The notes beneath the pieces were generated by a model. It did not search any database and was not told the DNA's origin. It worked only from the letters and a program-made list of their open reading frames with translations. This document shows positions 8,477 to 18,603 of a DNA stretch of 64,000 nucleotides, one piece after another. The position numbers were made by a program, and so were the translations under genes. The stretch is from positions 62,001 to 126,000 of the IMG/VR virus record IMGVR_UViG_3300022744_000020, one strand, 5' to 3'. Each line of letters begins with the position of its first letter. The first letter of the stretch is position 1.

Positions 8477-8932
8477 ATGCGACAAGATTTTGTTAAAGAT
8501 GGTGGTCTGCGTTCGGTTGCAGATTTTGTTCTTGGTGTCGACACCTTTCTGATGGCGATTGCCGAATCAGACGACCACTCGGTTGTGACTCTGACGCCGA
8601 ATCCGAGTCACTACACGGTCGGAGGAACCCCGCCGTATCTGTTCATGCTTGGCTATTTTGCCAAGATCCTTCCCGTCGCGGCGGCTGCCTGCGGTTTGGA
8701 TTTCCGACCGGTGGTCATCTCGGTTCGCAAGAACGATCTGGGCTTGACGGATCAGGTCAAGATGTTTGTGCCCAAGGGACTCACGCTGGCAAACGCCGAC
8801 CTCATGTACCTGGGTCGGCAAATGAAGACCCTCAAAGAAGCTGCGGTGATTTTTCACCAGAACTACACCGACTACTCCTCGAATTTCCAGGCACGGGAAA
8901 CCGTGCTGGCTCGTCAGGTGAAGGCTTTCTAA
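8477..8932 (+). CDS. hypothetical protein
   Basis: GAGG RBS and ATG 8477; CATATTGC-N5-TG motif at 8437-8451. Confidence 0.75.
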   Translation: MRQDFVKDGGLRSVADFVLGVDTFLMAIAESDDHSVVTLTPNPSHYTVGGTPPYLFMLGYFAKILPVAAAACGLDFRPVVISVRKNDLGLTDQVKMFVPKGLTLANADLMYLGRQMKTLKEAAVIFHQNYTDYSSNFQARETVLARQVKAF

Positions 8933-8992
8933 AAAAACAAAGGCATATATCATTAAGTTGAACAACCCCCCTTTTCAGAGAAACCAGAGTTC

Positions 8993-9325
8993 ATGAAATT
9001 CGATCCAAAGCTTGTGGACATCGCCATCCTCTTTGGGGGCGTGCGAAGCAGTAAAATCGCTCTGGAGCCGCCTCCAGAGCTGAAGATGGTGGAAGCTCCA
9101 CTGGTGAGCAATGAAGTCATTGTGACGCCGTTTGATGGCGTTCACTGGGTGATTGCTTGCCCTCGAGATTCCACTCTCGAAGATCTCACAGGTAAACCTG
9201 TCTACCTGTGTTCCCGGATGCTGTTGAAGAAAGCCATCAGCATCAAAGAAGCCTCCAACCCCTCGGTGGCTTCGACCGAAAACCAGCCTCGATTCGCTGG
9301 ACACCAAATGCACCGTCGGTGCTGA
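8993..9325 (+). CDS. hypothetical protein
   Basis: 110 aa ORF behind TATATCAT-N5-TG at 8946-8960. Confidence 0.65.
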   Translation: MKFDPKLVDIAILFGGVRSSKIALEPPPELKMVEAPLVSNEVIVTPFDGVHWVIACPRDSTLEDLTGKPVYLCSRMLLKKAISIKEASNPSVASTENQPRFAGHQMHRRC

Positions 9326-9353
9326 TTCACTCCACCCTGAAGAAAGAAGAGTC

Positions 9354-9812
9354 ATGAAGAAAGATCAAGAAGTCCTCATCGCCCCGTTTCGCGCCGCCGT
9401 CAAGGACGCTGTCAAGCACAGTCCGGAAACCGGATTCGAAGTGGCACCGGGCACTTACGACAAGGCACTGGAAGCAGTCGGCCTGACGGTCGAAGCTGCC
9501 GGCAAGCTGCAGGCAGCCAACGTGCTGTTCGGCGCCGCCATCGGTGAGGAGTTCGGCGTGAAGGGCGCGCAGTTCCTGAAGGACAACCCCGACGCCAAGA
9601 TGGTCGTGCTGAAGGCGAACATGGCCAACGGTCAGGCCGTCGACTGGATCATGGAACGCAGCCGTCATCGCCCCGCGACCGGCGCCGTCCCGGAAGTCAC
9701 GACCGTGGGCTACACGACTGTGAGCTTCACCAACACTGCCGGCGAAGCCGAAGGTGTGCTGAAGGCTGTCCGCAAGGCCATCATGGCCAATGCCGCCTCG
9801 CAACTGGGCTGA
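9354..9812 (+). CDS. small Ala/Lys-rich protein, possibly DNA-binding
   Basis: Very biased codons; RSRHRPATG segment resembles the HU/IHF arm (RNPxTG); terminator at about 9838-9870. Confidence 0.7.
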   Translation: MKKDQEVLIAPFRAAVKDAVKHSPETGFEVAPGTYDKALEAVGLTVEAAGKLQAANVLFGAAIGEEFGVKGAQFLKDNPDAKMVVLKANMANGQAVDWIMERSRHRPATGAVPEVTTVGYTTVSFTNTAGEAEGVLKAVRKAIMANAASQLG

Positions 9813-9943
9813 CCGAGTTCTGCTCTTTCGAGGGCAGAGAAAGGGACCATCTGGTCCCTTTCTTTTTTATTCGTTCAAATTAAAAACATACATTACAAAT
9901 TGGAGTACCTCCTCATTTCCTGAAACAAAACCGGAATACGAAT

Positions 9944-10366
9944 ATGTCCATCCCTGCAAGAAACATTCCTGGCAACTTCATGCGTCGCTTTGCCGAAGGC
10001 AAGCTGACCGTCGGGGGTCAAGAGATCAAGACCATTGCAGATCTCGGTCAGCTTCTCAACCGTGGAATCATTACCCCGAATCAATGTCTGAATTATTCGG
10101 TTCAGTATTTTAAATACCTCAACGGCTTGGTGCCGGGCATGTCTGAAGATCAGCTCAGATTGACTCGCATGACTGTTGTGAAGATGTTGAAATTTCTTCG
10201 CCTTTACCTGGGCTCGTCGCACCTGTCGCTGTTTGTCGATTTGCAGCCAAGATCACTTCACGTTCAGCACTGGAGAAACTTCTTCATGTCGCTTGGCGAG
10301 CACGACCAGTACGACCCGTACGAGCTGTGGAAGTTGATCGTGAAGAACAGTCACCATGATCACTAA
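9944..10366 (+). CDS. hypothetical protein
   Basis: 140 aa ORF behind TACATTAC at 9889. Confidence 0.7.
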   Translation: MSIPARNIPGNFMRRFAEGKLTVGGQEIKTIADLGQLLNRGIITPNQCLNYSVQYFKYLNGLVPGMSEDQLRLTRMTVVKMLKFLRLYLGSSHLSLFVDLQPRSLHVQHWRNFFMSLGEHDQYDPYELWKLIVKNSHHDH

Positions 10367-10697
10367 CCGATTCAGTAATTGTGTTGAAGCCTATGGTTCA
10401 AGAAAACCTCTAGGGGTGAGCCTTCGATTTCAATGCGCTAGCGATGCTCTTCATGCGTTGTTCAACGACTACGTGAGAAGAGGCTGGTGGTGTGACCAGC
10501 GCGGTTGGGTGTTTGACGATCCAGACATGTCTGACGCTCACGAGCTTCGATCCGTCAAAGAAGAGTTTTTTCAAGCTGCTGACGAACTCTCAGAACTTCG
10601 GCGTCGGCACCTGCTGCGCAAATGCGGTTGGTTATTAGTAACCGATCCAAAATACGGGGTTGTTCGTCAATCCGACGGTTGCAGTTTGTACTTTTGA
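10356..10697 (+). CDS. hypothetical protein
   Basis: Overlaps the upstream stop and ends before a hairpin. Confidence 0.65.
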   Translation: MITNRFSNCVEAYGSRKPLGVSLRFQCASDALHALFNDYVRRGWWCDQRGWVFDDPDMSDAHELRSVKEEFFQAADELSELRRRHLLRKCGWLLVTDPKYGVVRQSDGCSLYF

Positions 10698-10711
10698 ATG
10701 ACCGACATAAT

Positions 10712-10743
10712 ACTACCAGGGAGCCTTTCGGCTCCCTGGTAGT
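10712..10743. terminator. 14-bp hairpin between convergent genes
   Basis: actaccagggagcc-tttc-ggctccctggtagt. Confidence 0.75.
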
Positions 10744-10786
10744 TAGGTCTTTTTATTTTGGTAGACCAAGAACCAAATCAGCGACT

Positions 10787-11671
10787 TCAGGCGCCCGAGG
10801 TCATGACCGTGTCAGCGCCCAGGTCTTCCATCGTGGCCTTGTAGCCGCCGGCCATGTTGTCAGCCACGAAGGCGTCAACGGCTTCGATGTGTGCCCGACG
10901 CAGGAACGGGTTGGCGTTGGCGAGCTGCATACCGTCGACCACGGTTTGAGCCATGGCGTCGATACCCAGACCGCTGACGGCCCAACCGGTCCACTCGATG
11001 TCGAACTCCTTGAGTTCGCCAGGAGCGGTCATGTCGCGGATGCCTTCGATGTCGCCCGTTCCCGTCTTGGGAGCGAAGTTCACCACGAGCCAGCTCTTGG
11101 CCACCTTCGTGTGGGTCGGATCCAGCTCGTAGGCCAGGATCGTGCCAGCGTAGGTGTCGGCCAGTTGGTCGTCGGGCTTGTAGCCGGCGATCGTCGACAG
11201 CATCGGAATGCCGGTATCCGGATCGGCGATCAGGTAGCGCGTGTAGTCGTCCAGGAAGTTCTGAACCGGGCGACCAGCCAGGTCCGTCACCGAGCACTTC
11301 GGCACGGTCTGTGCGCGAGTGACCTTGGTCCAGTCGTGCCACTTCTCGCCACCACCACCCACGGCGGTTTCGGCCCACTCGATGGTCAGGCCACGGTTGA
11401 AGCCTTCCCAGCGCTTGGCTTGGGTTTCGATCAGGGACTTCCACGCCGAGATCATGAACTCGGAATTGGGCATCCGATGGAATCCCGTCGGGGCTTGGAA
11501 AGCCAGAACGACGAGGTTCTTGCGAACGTATTTGGTCGCGCTGACCCATTCGTTCGCATTCGGAGCGTAGCCGTGGGTGCCACCGAACTGGAGATCCAGC
11601 GGCTTGACGTTGCGGCCTCGGGCAAAGGCTTGCGTCTTCATGACTGCATCAGCCAGTCGTGCTTGTGCCAT
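10787..11671 (-). CDS. tail tube protein (phiKZ gp30-like)
   Basis: 294 aa immediately downstream of the sheath; high-expression codon bias. Confidence 0.8.
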   Translation of the reverse strand: MAQARLADAVMKTQAFARGRNVKPLDLQFGGTHGYAPNANEWVSATKYVRKNLVVLAFQAPTGFHRMPNSEFMISAWKSLIETQAKRWEGFNRGLTIEWAETAVGGGGEKWHDWTKVTRAQTVPKCSVTDLAGRPVQNFLDDYTRYLIADPDTGIPMLSTIAGYKPDDQLADTYAGTILAYELDPTHTKVAKSWLVVNFAPKTGTGDIEGIRDMTAPGELKEFDIEWTGWAVSGLGIDAMAQTVVDGMQLANANPFLRRAHIEAVDAFVADNMAGGYKATMEDLGADTVMTSGA

Positions 11672-11763
11672 ATAACACCTATGAAAAAAGAGAAGAAAAG
11701 AAAAACGTTGGAGCGAGTAGGTTTGATCATTAGCTAATCAAAGTCTACTCGCCCCTGGCGCGC

Positions 11764-13878
11764 TTAGCTGGCGACGTAATCCGACATGCGGAAAGCACCC
11801 AGGTTCAGCGTCTGAACGGTCTTGGCCACGTTGCCGTAGAAGTTGATCGACAGCGTCCACGAGTAGCCGCGCATCGAGTCAGCCGAGGTCACGCGGCAGA
11901 CCGGTTCGATGCGGTACAGACCCGCGAAGCGACCCACGGTCCGCTTCTCGACTTCGGCGTTGATCACGTCCTCGAGCTGGCGCTCGGTGTAGCGGATCGA
12001 ACCGGTGAACGAACGCTGAATGGCGTCGCCGACCTTCTGCAGGGTGGTCTGCAGGCAAGCCGAGAAGTAGTTGTTGAGGATCGACGTGTCGTTGTCGTAC
12101 ACCGTCTGCAGGGCCGGGAAGTAGTTCACCGAGCGCGAGAACGCCGACACCCAGTTCATGCCGTTGTCCCAGTCTTGGTTGCGAACCGAAGCCGGGGTGA
12201 ACAGCACGTTGATGTCCGTGAACATCTTGATCTGGTTGTTCGGCGAGCGATCGAAGATCTTGCCTTCGTTCCAGATGCCGTCCGAAGCGCCCATCATCTC
12301 GGCGCTCATGCGTGCCAGCTCGATCGACAGCGGCAGCTTGTGGCGATACTGCGAGGAGACCATACGGCCCGAACGCGGCATCAGCAGGCCACGCGAAGTC
12401 TGGGTTCCGTAGAACTCCGACTCCGGGAAGTTGCGCAGGCGGTTGCGCAGCATCAGACCCAGCGAACGCTCTTCAGCGGCCGTCAGGTCCGGGCCACCAA
12501 CGACGTGCGTGACCACGATCGGCAGGAGATCCTTGCGGATCGCCAGCACTTGGCACATGTCCTTCTTCGCATTGATACCGAAGCCGGTATCGTAGAAGTG
12601 GCTTTCCACATTGACCGCGTTCTCTTGAACCGGATCGTTCGGATCGGCGTAGCGGCGCAGTTGTTCGCCCACCAGCGCGTCGAACTTGGCCAGCGACATC
12701 TCGCCATCAGCACCGCCGGCGGCGTAGTGCGTGGTCTGATCCGACATCAGGACCGATTCAGCCGACGAAGTGTCCACTTGGTAGGACAGGTACTCAGCAC
12801 CACCAGCGTTTTGACCGCTGACGAAGTTGAAGAACCATTTCTCGTCGCTGTCGCCGACCAGGTCGGTACCGACTGCACCACCAGCAGCTTCGATCGCAGC
12901 GCGCTCCGCGGCATAGAAGCGATCGACCAGGTCTTCGATCACTTCCGAGTAGACCTTCAGGCCACCGAAGTCGCCATAGATCTTCGAGAAGCGCGGATCG
13001 TCGACTTGCTGGTAGCGGTCGATGAAGGTGTCCGACAGCGAGAAGTTCGCGTCGGTGTTGGGGTTGATCACGCCTTCACGGAACGAGAATTCGACGAAGG
13101 GCTCGGCAAACTTCGTTTGCACGATGGTGCCGGTGGTCTTCTCGTTCGGACGACGGATGACCGCCATACGGAACGGGTAGGCGCGGACGGCTTCCATCAC
13201 CTTCTTGTTCATCGGGGACGTACCGGTTTCGGTCGGAGCCCACAGACGAATGCCACTGTTGTTGTAGACCTTGCCGTAGCTGGAGGCCCACAGTTGAGCG
13301 ATCGGATACAGTCGCGACTGCTTGGTGCCGTCCGCGCTCGTCAGCGTGCCAGCCAGTTCCGCCAGAGCGCCGAACGAAGATTCGTCGGCATAAGCGGTTT
13401 TGCGCTTGATGACCCAGCGAACCTTGAAGCCGGGGACGAATGCGGCCGGCGTTGCCAGTTGCGGCTCGTTCAGCTCATCACGCAGGATTTCGCCGGCAGT
13501 GGTACGCTTGTAGACCGGGATCTGCTCTTCGAGCACTTCCAGATACAGCGCCAGGTTGGCACGCGGGCCCAGGCCGTGTTCGGGCTTGGGGAACACACGT
13601 TGGATCATGTGCGAGTTCGCTGCCTCCATCAGAACGTTCGACAGAACCGTCTGGTGGGTAGCGTACGCACTGCGCTCGTCGAAGGTCGTGCTGCCGAAGA
13701 TGGCTTCGCGCGTCTTGCTGTTGACCAGCACTTCGTGCATCGGACCCTTCTCGGCGTAGATGTACACCTTCGGAAGGTGTTGCGGGTAATTTTCCGGCTC
13801 AACGACCGGGACACGGAAAGACTTATCTTCCGTACCCAGCGCATAGGACATTGGCGCGGCGTTGACAATGGAACTCAT
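11764..13878 (-). CDS. contractile tail sheath protein (phiKZ gp29-like)
   Basis: 704 aa; N-terminal NAAP...PQHLP...AEKGP and internal YDTGF resemble phiKZ-type sheaths; GAGG RBS. Confidence 0.9.
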   Translation of the reverse strand: MSSIVNAAPMSYALGTEDKSFRVPVVEPENYPQHLPKVYIYAEKGPMHEVLVNSKTREAIFGSTTFDERSAYATHQTVLSNVLMEAANSHMIQRVFPKPEHGLGPRANLALYLEVLEEQIPVYKRTTAGEILRDELNEPQLATPAAFVPGFKVRWVIKRKTAYADESSFGALAELAGTLTSADGTKQSRLYPIAQLWASSYGKVYNNSGIRLWAPTETGTSPMNKKVMEAVRAYPFRMAVIRRPNEKTTGTIVQTKFAEPFVEFSFREGVINPNTDANFSLSDTFIDRYQQVDDPRFSKIYGDFGGLKVYSEVIEDLVDRFYAAERAAIEAAGGAVGTDLVGDSDEKWFFNFVSGQNAGGAEYLSYQVDTSSAESVLMSDQTTHYAAGGADGEMSLAKFDALVGEQLRRYADPNDPVQENAVNVESHFYDTGFGINAKKDMCQVLAIRKDLLPIVVTHVVGGPDLTAAEERSLGLMLRNRLRNFPESEFYGTQTSRGLLMPRSGRMVSSQYRHKLPLSIELARMSAEMMGASDGIWNEGKIFDRSPNNQIKMFTDINVLFTPASVRNQDWDNGMNWVSAFSRSVNYFPALQTVYDNDTSILNNYFSACLQTTLQKVGDAIQRSFTGSIRYTERQLEDVINAEVEKRTVGRFAGLYRIEPVCRVTSADSMRGYSWTLSINFYGNVAKTVQTLNLGAFRMSDYVAS

Positions 13879-14083
13879 GTCGAATCCTCGTGGAGAAAAA
13901 AGAAAATGATCAACTATTCCGACGCTTTTTGATCGCCGGTAGGCTCGAAACCTTAAACATAATAACTTCTATCCATAAAAAGTTATCACGCTCAGATTAT
14001 AAGGTGGCTCCGTTTCGACGGAAAACAACACACCAGATAAGAAAATTCAGTCCAGAGGGACTGAATGTACTTTATTTTGATGC

Positions 14084-14098
14084 TATATTACCTAGCTG
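14084..14098 (+). promoter_or_regulatory. early promoter matching the phiKZ-type consensus
   Basis: TATATTAC-ctagc-TG. Confidence 0.75.
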
Positions 14099-14132
14099 CA
14101 TTAGACCACAACCGCTGAAAAGGATCCCTGGC

Positions 14133-14870
14133 ATGCTTGAAATCTTAAATCCGCAATCCATTCCCGACATCGATTTCAACGAAAAAGAACTCCAAGAGAT
14201 CGAGACCATCACGGAACTGATGCCGTATCTAAAGAAAGCCCTGGAGTACCTTCATGGGGTTTCGAAGCTTCTCGGGATCAAAGGCTGGTACTGGCCGGAG
14301 AAGTACGATAAATTTCGAGAAGCACTTGGATGCTCATTGAGCCGCATCATTCGAGAGCTCCCGGAGAAAGAACGGGATCTTTCCCTGGTGGAGAGCTTAC
14401 GGCTCGACGGGTTCAAGGTGCAATCCTTTTTGATATTGGAAGACGAACCCACAATGCACCGGGTGATCAGCACCACCCCGCCTTGCCCCTACGCCATTGC
14501 GTATTTTGATCCAAACGAGGTTGAAATCATGAAGAAAGTCAAAGAAAGCATCGCCGAGATCAACCCGAAGGGTGTGGTCCTTCGTACCGAACATCTGATC
14601 CCGCTGCTGGTTCTCGGTGCGGAGTATCTGGAGCGACACAAGGAGGAGCTCGACATCACCGGAATTCCCCCAGACTACATCGATTATCGATTCGCCTTGG
14701 AAGTTTTCTGTACGTTGTATCTGCTGAACCCGGATCATACCCCGAATGAAGTCGAAATGGAGAAGGTCCGGAAGAAAGGATTCACCATCATTCGTTCACA
14801 TCGAGAAGGAAAGGTCGAGTATGCGATCTATCGAAATAGCTTCTGCATTGTGATCTTTCAAGGCTCGTGA
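14133..14870 (+). CDS. hypothetical protein with an internal domain duplication
   Basis: AAGGA RBS and ATG 14133; two related halves; terminator at about 14882-14911. Confidence 0.75.
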   Translation: MLEILNPQSIPDIDFNEKELQEIETITELMPYLKKALEYLHGVSKLLGIKGWYWPEKYDKFREALGCSLSRIIRELPEKERDLSLVESLRLDGFKVQSFLILEDEPTMHRVISTTPPCPYAIAYFDPNEVEIMKKVKESIAEINPKGVVLRTEHLIPLLVLGAEYLERHKEELDITGIPPDYIDYRFALEVFCTLYLLNPDHTPNEVEMEKVRKKGFTIIRSHREGKVEYAIYRNSFCIVIFQGS

Positions 14871-15010
14871 TTGATGAGCAAGAGGAGCCCTTCGGGGCCC
14901 TTTATTTTTTGTCTTTACGTCTGCTGTCTTCCATCCTTTAGACGGGGTTAGCCTCAATTTTGTTGCAGTTTTCCAGCAACCTTTTATCCTCCTTGAAGGA
15001 GTCAGAGAAC

Positions 15011-16000
15011 ATGTCTGTTTTTCAAACCGCCTACGACACCACGACCTGTGCCGGATATGTCCTGGACACCATCCGAGCCAAATGTGCTGAAGCACTCAGC
15101 CGCTCTTTTCTGCCTTCGTTCAAGGCAAGCAGCATCTACAGCGAAGAGGCACTCAGCGTCTTCCTGATTCGAGGCGGTGAAGTGGCTCAGGATGTGATCC
15201 CGTTTTTTCACCATCCGATAATGGTGGATCTTCCTGGACTGGATGTGAAGCAAGGGTTGTTCGTTGACGTTCGCCCGTATGGTGCATTTGTCCCGGCCCA
15301 GAATTTCTTCCGACTGCGTAACGTCGACGAGTACATCTGGACTGTCAAGAAGGCTGCACTCGGAGCTGCTTGGCTGATCAACCGCCAGGAGAAGATTCGT
15401 GACCTCTCCCCACTGCCCGCCCAGGTCTACTCAACCGTTATCTCTCAAGTGCTGACGACCCGGTTCGCACTGGAGATTGGGGATCAGCTCAAGATTCGAG
15501 CCGCGGCTTGCTGGTTCTACCTGAGTCTGTTCTCGCAAGCTGACGACTACGACGAATTCCAACGCAACCAAATGATCGGCCGCGTTGCTCAGATCACCAA
15601 GATCCCAGCAGGCACCGTCTACGAGATCCTTGGGGATGAACCTCCGGTTTGGAAGGACCTGAACGAGTTCTGTGAAGGCGTGAAGAATCTCACGGGCAAT
15701 ATCCGCCTGCAGAAGTTTGAGCGTGGTCTTCTTATCGAATGCGTCAGCCGTATTTGGTACGGTAACAATTCGGCAGAAACAATCGCCGTAGGACTGGAAC
15801 ACCCTCCGACGTGGATCATGATCATCTACGGCTGCGTCGGTCAAGCGTCTTTCAAGCGCAGCACGATCTTCAAAACTGTAGACAAGTACGCCAAACAAGG
15901 CGTGGGTGAGACGCTTCTCAAGCAAATCGACCGGGTAATGGATCCCGATGGTGAGCTTGAAGAATTCCTCAATCCGAAAGAAAAGTTTCAACTGATCTAA
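15011..16000 (+). CDS. virion structural protein (phiKZ gp28-like)
   Basis: AAGGAG RBS; divergent from the sheath gene; LEHPPTW motif. Confidence 0.7.
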   Translation: MSVFQTAYDTTTCAGYVLDTIRAKCAEALSRSFLPSFKASSIYSEEALSVFLIRGGEVAQDVIPFFHHPIMVDLPGLDVKQGLFVDVRPYGAFVPAQNFFRLRNVDEYIWTVKKAALGAAWLINRQEKIRDLSPLPAQVYSTVISQVLTTRFALEIGDQLKIRAAACWFYLSLFSQADDYDEFQRNQMIGRVAQITKIPAGTVYEILGDEPPVWKDLNEFCEGVKNLTGNIRLQKFERGLLIECVSRIWYGNNSAETIAVGLEHPPTWIMIIYGCVGQASFKRSTIFKTVDKYAKQGVGETLLKQIDRVMDPDGELEEFLNPKEKFQLI

Positions 16001-16011
16001 GGAGCAAGACA

Positions 16012-18585
16012 ATGACCTGCGATTATCTCCTCGAACACGCTCTCAAAAACGTGTGGTGTTCCCCGGAACAAGATAACCAGGTCATATTGAAACCAGCCAG
16101 GCTCACTCCATCGACGGGTGTGAGCCTGGCTTTCAGTTTCTCTATGACCCAATTGAGAATGCCCGATACCGGGCGCTTCCATCTGTTTCAGATTGGCCTG
16201 GTTCATCCGGCTCTGCTGAGTTTGAAAGCTGTTAAGAATCGCTGGATTCTTTTCTCTAGCGTTTGCGAAAAACTCAACACGATTTACGATCTGTACACGC
16301 AAAACGGTTTGCAGCTTGCGCGGACCCAATCTTGGTACATGGTTACTGAAAACCGTAACTTGATCATTGCGGTCAAGGAGCATCCTCGCGTCCCGGCAAG
16401 ACTGGGAATCGAGCCGCTGTTCCTGAGAATCTACCAAAATCACTACCTGGTTGATCTGGCCGATAGTGTTGCTGATTTTGGACTAGAGGTAAAGATTGAA
16501 GGCGGGATGCTGCCAACGCTGAACGAAGTAGTCGCGCTTCAAATGAAATACGAGGCCGCCGTCGCTCAAGCCAAAGCTACTCAGGGACATGTCTATAGTT
16601 TCTGCAATGGACATCTCGTTAAGAACATTTCACTTTTGACGGTCACAGGTGGGGATGTTGCGGAATTTGTTTATGATTCTTCCATCACGGAAGTTTTGGA
16701 TTTTCCGGTAACCGATCTGAAGATGTTCACCTCGACTTTAGACCGCCGAGGAAAATATCTTCTCCATCCACCAAAGACCGGAGTGGCTCAGATCAATTTC
16801 CAGGATGATGTCGATGTGTTTTTGATGGATGCCAATACCAAAAAAGGCATTTGGTATCACAAGAACCGAGAAGATGCTCTTAGAAACGTCACTCATCGGG
16901 ACTACTCGACGCCGGTCGAACATGTCGAGCAGTTTGTGCTGGCTCATTCAAGTTGGCTCACCAATGCGAATGCGGTTATTCGGCTACATGTTCGCTCCAC
17001 TGGGGTCGTGCGTGAATTAATTCAAGACCATGCACGAGTTCACGAACTCTACCGACTGCCTGATAGCGAGATCGTTAACTGCTTAACAAATGCTCAAGCC
17101 TCCATCTCGACGTGGAGAGCGGCGTCTTTGGAAGCTGGGGCTTACACCAGACTGATGAAGGTCCCCTCCGCTGAGATAACAAAGCCATTGGTGGCCAGCG
17201 CGTATGGCTATAACTACAGCGCCAAGCTGATTGGTAAAACCCATCACCGGGTAGAGGCGGCCCCTGGGGTTCGTAAAGTGGAAGTACCTGAGGCTTATCG
17301 TCCCAGATCCACTGTGCTGGAGCATGATGCCGAAGGACATTTGATTGGGTGGAGCTTATTGACGAACTCAACCACCTACGACTGTAAGAGTCCAGATGCT
17401 CGGATTGTGGAGTTTGTTTTTGGTCATGCGGGTACAGATCTTGACGAATGCGTCGACAAGAAATCCTGCACGGTCGAAGATTCCGAGTACGACTACCGTC
17501 TCTATGCCTGCCCAAAAACCTCCAACGACCAAGAAGAAGATTGGCGAGACGTCACAGGTGACAATAGCTTCTACCAGATCGTCAATGGCGTACTGACCTG
17601 GAAGACCACCGCCGACTGGAGAACGATTTCCAGATCGAATAAGAACTGCCTGATCAAAGAGATCGAACTCGATGTCAGCGATGGACAGATGGTGGTGACT
17701 TTGAGTAATCGGCAACTCAAAGCTGACGGCTTCTTTGAAGAGAAAGTGATGGAAGTCCCTCTCGGGGAACTTCATGTCTGGGTCAATGGAAGACCCTGCA
17801 TTGACGGGGTGGACTACCATTACAAATTCCCGCACATTCACTTCTGGAACAAAGAGTTTCTGATTGCGGGGAAGCAAAAGATCACGATTCTGCACAAGGG
17901 ACTGTGTGATTCGAATCTGCAACTGTCCGACCAATCAGAATCGGGGTTCGTCTACCGTGGGCGGTTGAGTGTGGATCAAAAATTCAGCACACGAAACGAT
18001 CGACCCATTCACATTGTCGTCGCCGGCTCCATCAAATTACCGGAAGATGTGGTGTTTGATGAGGACACGGAAACCTTCGATCAGAACAGCCCTCTTAACG
18101 GGAAACCGTACTGTGTTCGTGAAGGGGTGGTGCCGATGCGTTGTCAGTCTGGTAAAGACACGTACAAGTTTCGTGACGAGTCCAGAACGGTAGATAAGGA
18201 AATTTCAGGTTACCTTAGTCTGAAACTGCCCCAACAAAATCCTACGGATGTCAATCCAGTCAACGGCTACTGGAGAATTTATTCCCCGATGCTCAGTAAG
18301 GTCATCTACGATCTGAAGATGGGCACGTTCCTGCCAGCGTGCTTGACAAAACCAAACTACGGGGACAACGACATTCTGTTGGACTTGAAACGATATGAGT
18401 CGTTATACCTCGTGGATCCATTGAATCCTGAACTTCGACCGAACACTGGGTTTGTACTTATCGAACCACATCCGTGGGCGGGTGTCGTCTCGGTGAGTCT
18501 GAGTCACTACGTGTTCTTGAACAAGGTGGTCAAACTTTTGGCTGCCAACGTGGTTAACTTGGCCACCAGCGTCCGAATCAATTAA
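16012..18585 (+). CDS. virion/baseplate structural protein (phiKZ gp27-like)
   Basis: 857 aa; N-terminal DYLLEHALKNVWCSPEQDNQ typical of this family; gene order. Confidence 0.75.
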   Translation: MTCDYLLEHALKNVWCSPEQDNQVILKPARLTPSTGVSLAFSFSMTQLRMPDTGRFHLFQIGLVHPALLSLKAVKNRWILFSSVCEKLNTIYDLYTQNGLQLARTQSWYMVTENRNLIIAVKEHPRVPARLGIEPLFLRIYQNHYLVDLADSVADFGLEVKIEGGMLPTLNEVVALQMKYEAAVAQAKATQGHVYSFCNGHLVKNISLLTVTGGDVAEFVYDSSITEVLDFPVTDLKMFTSTLDRRGKYLLHPPKTGVAQINFQDDVDVFLMDANTKKGIWYHKNREDALRNVTHRDYSTPVEHVEQFVLAHSSWLTNANAVIRLHVRSTGVVRELIQDHARVHELYRLPDSEIVNCLTNAQASISTWRAASLEAGAYTRLMKVPSAEITKPLVASAYGYNYSAKLIGKTHHRVEAAPGVRKVEVPEAYRPRSTVLEHDAEGHLIGWSLLTNSTTYDCKSPDARIVEFVFGHAGTDLDECVDKKSCTVEDSEYDYRLYACPKTSNDQEEDWRDVTGDNSFYQIVNGVLTWKTTADWRTISRSNKNCLIKEIELDVSDGQMVVTLSNRQLKADGFFEEKVMEVPLGELHVWVNGRPCIDGVDYHYKFPHIHFWNKEFLIAGKQKITILHKGLCDSNLQLSDQSESGFVYRGRLSVDQKFSTRNDRPIHIVVAGSIKLPEDVVFDEDTETFDQNSPLNGKPYCVREGVVPMRCQSGKDTYKFRDESRTVDKEISGYLSLKLPQQNPTDVNPVNGYWRIYSPMLSKVIYDLKMGTFLPACLTKPNYGDNDILLDLKRYESLYLVDPLNPELRPNTGFVLIEPHPWAGVVSVSLSHYVFLNKVVKLLAANVVNLATSVRIN

Positions 18586-18603
18586 CTTTAGAGAGAACGC
18601 AAT

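Noticed and set aside
12175-13932. 585-aa ORF antisense to the tail sheath, and 10622..11737 antisense to the tube
   Set aside because: Shadow of strong codon bias in highly expressed genes; no RBS or recognisable protein motifs
13890-14132. N-terminal extension of the 326-aa ORF
   Set aside because: It spans the divergent promoter region; the promoter at 14084 and the RBS support ATG 14133
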